Origin: a virus
Lineage: Duplodnaviria; Caudoviricetes
Strand: one strand, 5' to 3'
IMG/VR virus record: IMGVR_UViG_3300034072_000197
Span: 1-36,347 of that record
DNA length: 36,347 bases
Shown here: in pieces, positions 35,263 to 36,347 of the stretch
How positions within the stretch are numbered: position 1 is the first letter of the stretch
Layout: every line of letters begins with the position of its first letter
Translations under genes and position numbers: made by a program
Notes under the pieces: model-generated
Told to the model about the DNA's origin: nothing
What the model saw: only the letters and a program-made list of their open reading frames with translations
Database searches by the model: none

Positions 35263-35564
35263 GCGCGCAGCAAAACCTGGCGGCGACTGTGTTCGTCTAT
35301 CGCCGCCGCATCGACGGTCGAATCCACGCCGAGTACATCGAAACCGCAAGGGTGATGAAGGATTCCCCCGACTGGGAACACCTCGCTACCCTGGAGCCGC
35401 GCATGTGGATTCAGGCGCACTACGACGCAGTAACCCAGAGCGACAAGCTGCTGGCGGCGCTGGAGGCGGTTACGGACGCGCCGGAAGGACATGATCTAAA
35501 TAACGGCGACGTTGCTGCAATCAACAACGCCCTCGCCGCCATCGCTGAAGTGAAAGGCGCGTGA
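35259..35564 (+). CDS. Hypothetical protein sharing both ends with 31171-31581
   Basis: MSAQ...QSDKLLAALE...AAIAEVKG, ATGA overlap. Confidence 0.7.
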   Translation: MSAQQNLAATVFVYRRRIDGRIHAEYIETARVMKDSPDWEHLATLEPRMWIQAHYDAVTQSDKLLAALEAVTDAPEGHDLNNGDVAAINNALAAIAEVKGA

Positions 35565-35830
35565 TGCCTAAGAACCAAACATTCAGACCGATCTACGTGG
35601 ACAGCTTCAGCGGATCGGCAGCCTCACTACCACCCAGCCGGAGAACGCCAGCAGGCGTGCTTGCAGCTTTATCCAAAGACCCACGCATCAGCACGTTTGA
35701 TATGAGCGAGCTACTTTGGCTGCGCGGCTGCATCGACGCTCTGAAACGTACTGGACGGATCACAGAGGACACATCCGAGCCATACCCGTGGCACAAGTTC
35801 AACGTTGTTGAAGCGAAAGGCGGTGTGTGA
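35564..35830 (+). CDS. Hypothetical protein (possible winged helix)
   Basis: TGATG-coupled on both sides, 88 aa. Confidence 0.65.
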   Translation: MPKNQTFRPIYVDSFSGSAASLPPSRRTPAGVLAALSKDPRISTFDMSELLWLRGCIDALKRTGRITEDTSEPYPWHKFNVVEAKGGV

Positions 35831-36144
35831 TGGGCACAACAACACAAGCCGTAGTCACTGACTACACATTTGGCGCGCTGAAGGTGCGCGTCAAAGGCCT
35901 TGGCGTTTACTTTGGCGGCGAGCATCTGCAGGCCGAATGCGACAAGCTCTCCAAGGAAGAGCTGCAGGCCGCAAACCGTGAAGCCTGGAAGCAAAAGCGC
36001 CAGGCCTCCAGGCAATCAGCCCGCATGGCCAATGCAACCGCCTATGGATGTACGCCGCACGACCGCGCCTGTCAGCACTACGACGTTGCGAGTGTGGTGT
36101 GCCGGGAAACGTGGAAGCGGATAGCGCAGAAAGGCGGTGTGTGA
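35830..36144 (+). CDS. Hypothetical protein
   Basis: TGATG-coupled on both sides, 104 aa. Confidence 0.6.
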   Translation: MGTTTQAVVTDYTFGALKVRVKGLGVYFGGEHLQAECDKLSKEELQAANREAWKQKRQASRQSARMANATAYGCTPHDRACQHYDVASVVCRETWKRIAQKGGV

Positions 36145-36347
36145 TGAGCAACACCAACACAGGCGGGCCAGCGTTTCCGGTTCCGGCTAGCTGCGGCCAA
36201 GAAGAAGGCATGACCCTGCGCCAGTATGCGGCGATCAAGCTGCGCGTACCCTACAGCGGGGACGCATGGCTGGACGCGATGATCGAGCAGTCACTGCGTG
36301 ACGATTTCGCGGCCAAGGCGATGCCGGTACACATGGCGGCGCTTTCA
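36144..36347 (+). CDS. Phage hypothetical protein (GGPAFP...GMTLR...FAAKAM family), truncated by the window end
   Basis: Manual translation: MSNTNTGGPAFPVPASCGQEEGMTLRQYAAIKL...SLRDDFAAKAM. Confidence 0.75.
   Translation, partial: MSNTNTGGPAFPVPASCGQEEGMTLRQYAAIKLRVPYSGDAWLDAMIEQSLRDDFAAKAMPVHMAALS

Overview
The window is about 36 kb of a GC-rich, probably temperate podovirus or prophage. Its gene order resembles BPP-1/epsilon15; a betaproteobacterial host is my inference only. The minus strand (about 1-29645) runs in transcription order: cro-like gene, SF2 helicase, VRR-NUC nuclease, PriCT-2/TOPRIM/DUF3987 primase-helicase followed by an origin-like region, terminases, portal, scaffold, major capsid and cement proteins, T7-like tail tubular A/B, three ejection proteins, tail fibre, LamG/SPRY receptor-binding protein and a truncated DUF4376 gene. 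The plus strand (29760-36347) carries a CI-like repressor, YqaJ/RecT recombination genes, an excisionase-like HTH and many short accessory genes. No integrase, lysis cassette, tRNA, CRISPR array or reverse transcriptase is visible. Main observations: (1) an operator-like imperfect palindrome (GDTG-N8/9-CAHC) recurs at about 11 intergenic loci, including late-gene promoters; (2) a perfect 14-bp inverted repeat can hide the capsid-gene RBS on read-through transcripts but not on transcripts from a promoter inside the loop, and a similar 9-bp stem precedes the tail gene; (3) the 1988-aa ejection protein carries ADP-ribosyltransferase-like and metallopeptidase-like modules bounded by Y[AS]RG motifs; (4) a cloverleaf leader RNA has a loop complementary to the primase initiation region; (5) unannotated micro-genes include an orphan HicB-like protein and a leaderless proline-rich peptide; (6) shared junction repeats suggest cassette shuffling in the early region. 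All family assignments come from motif recognition by eye, not database searches.
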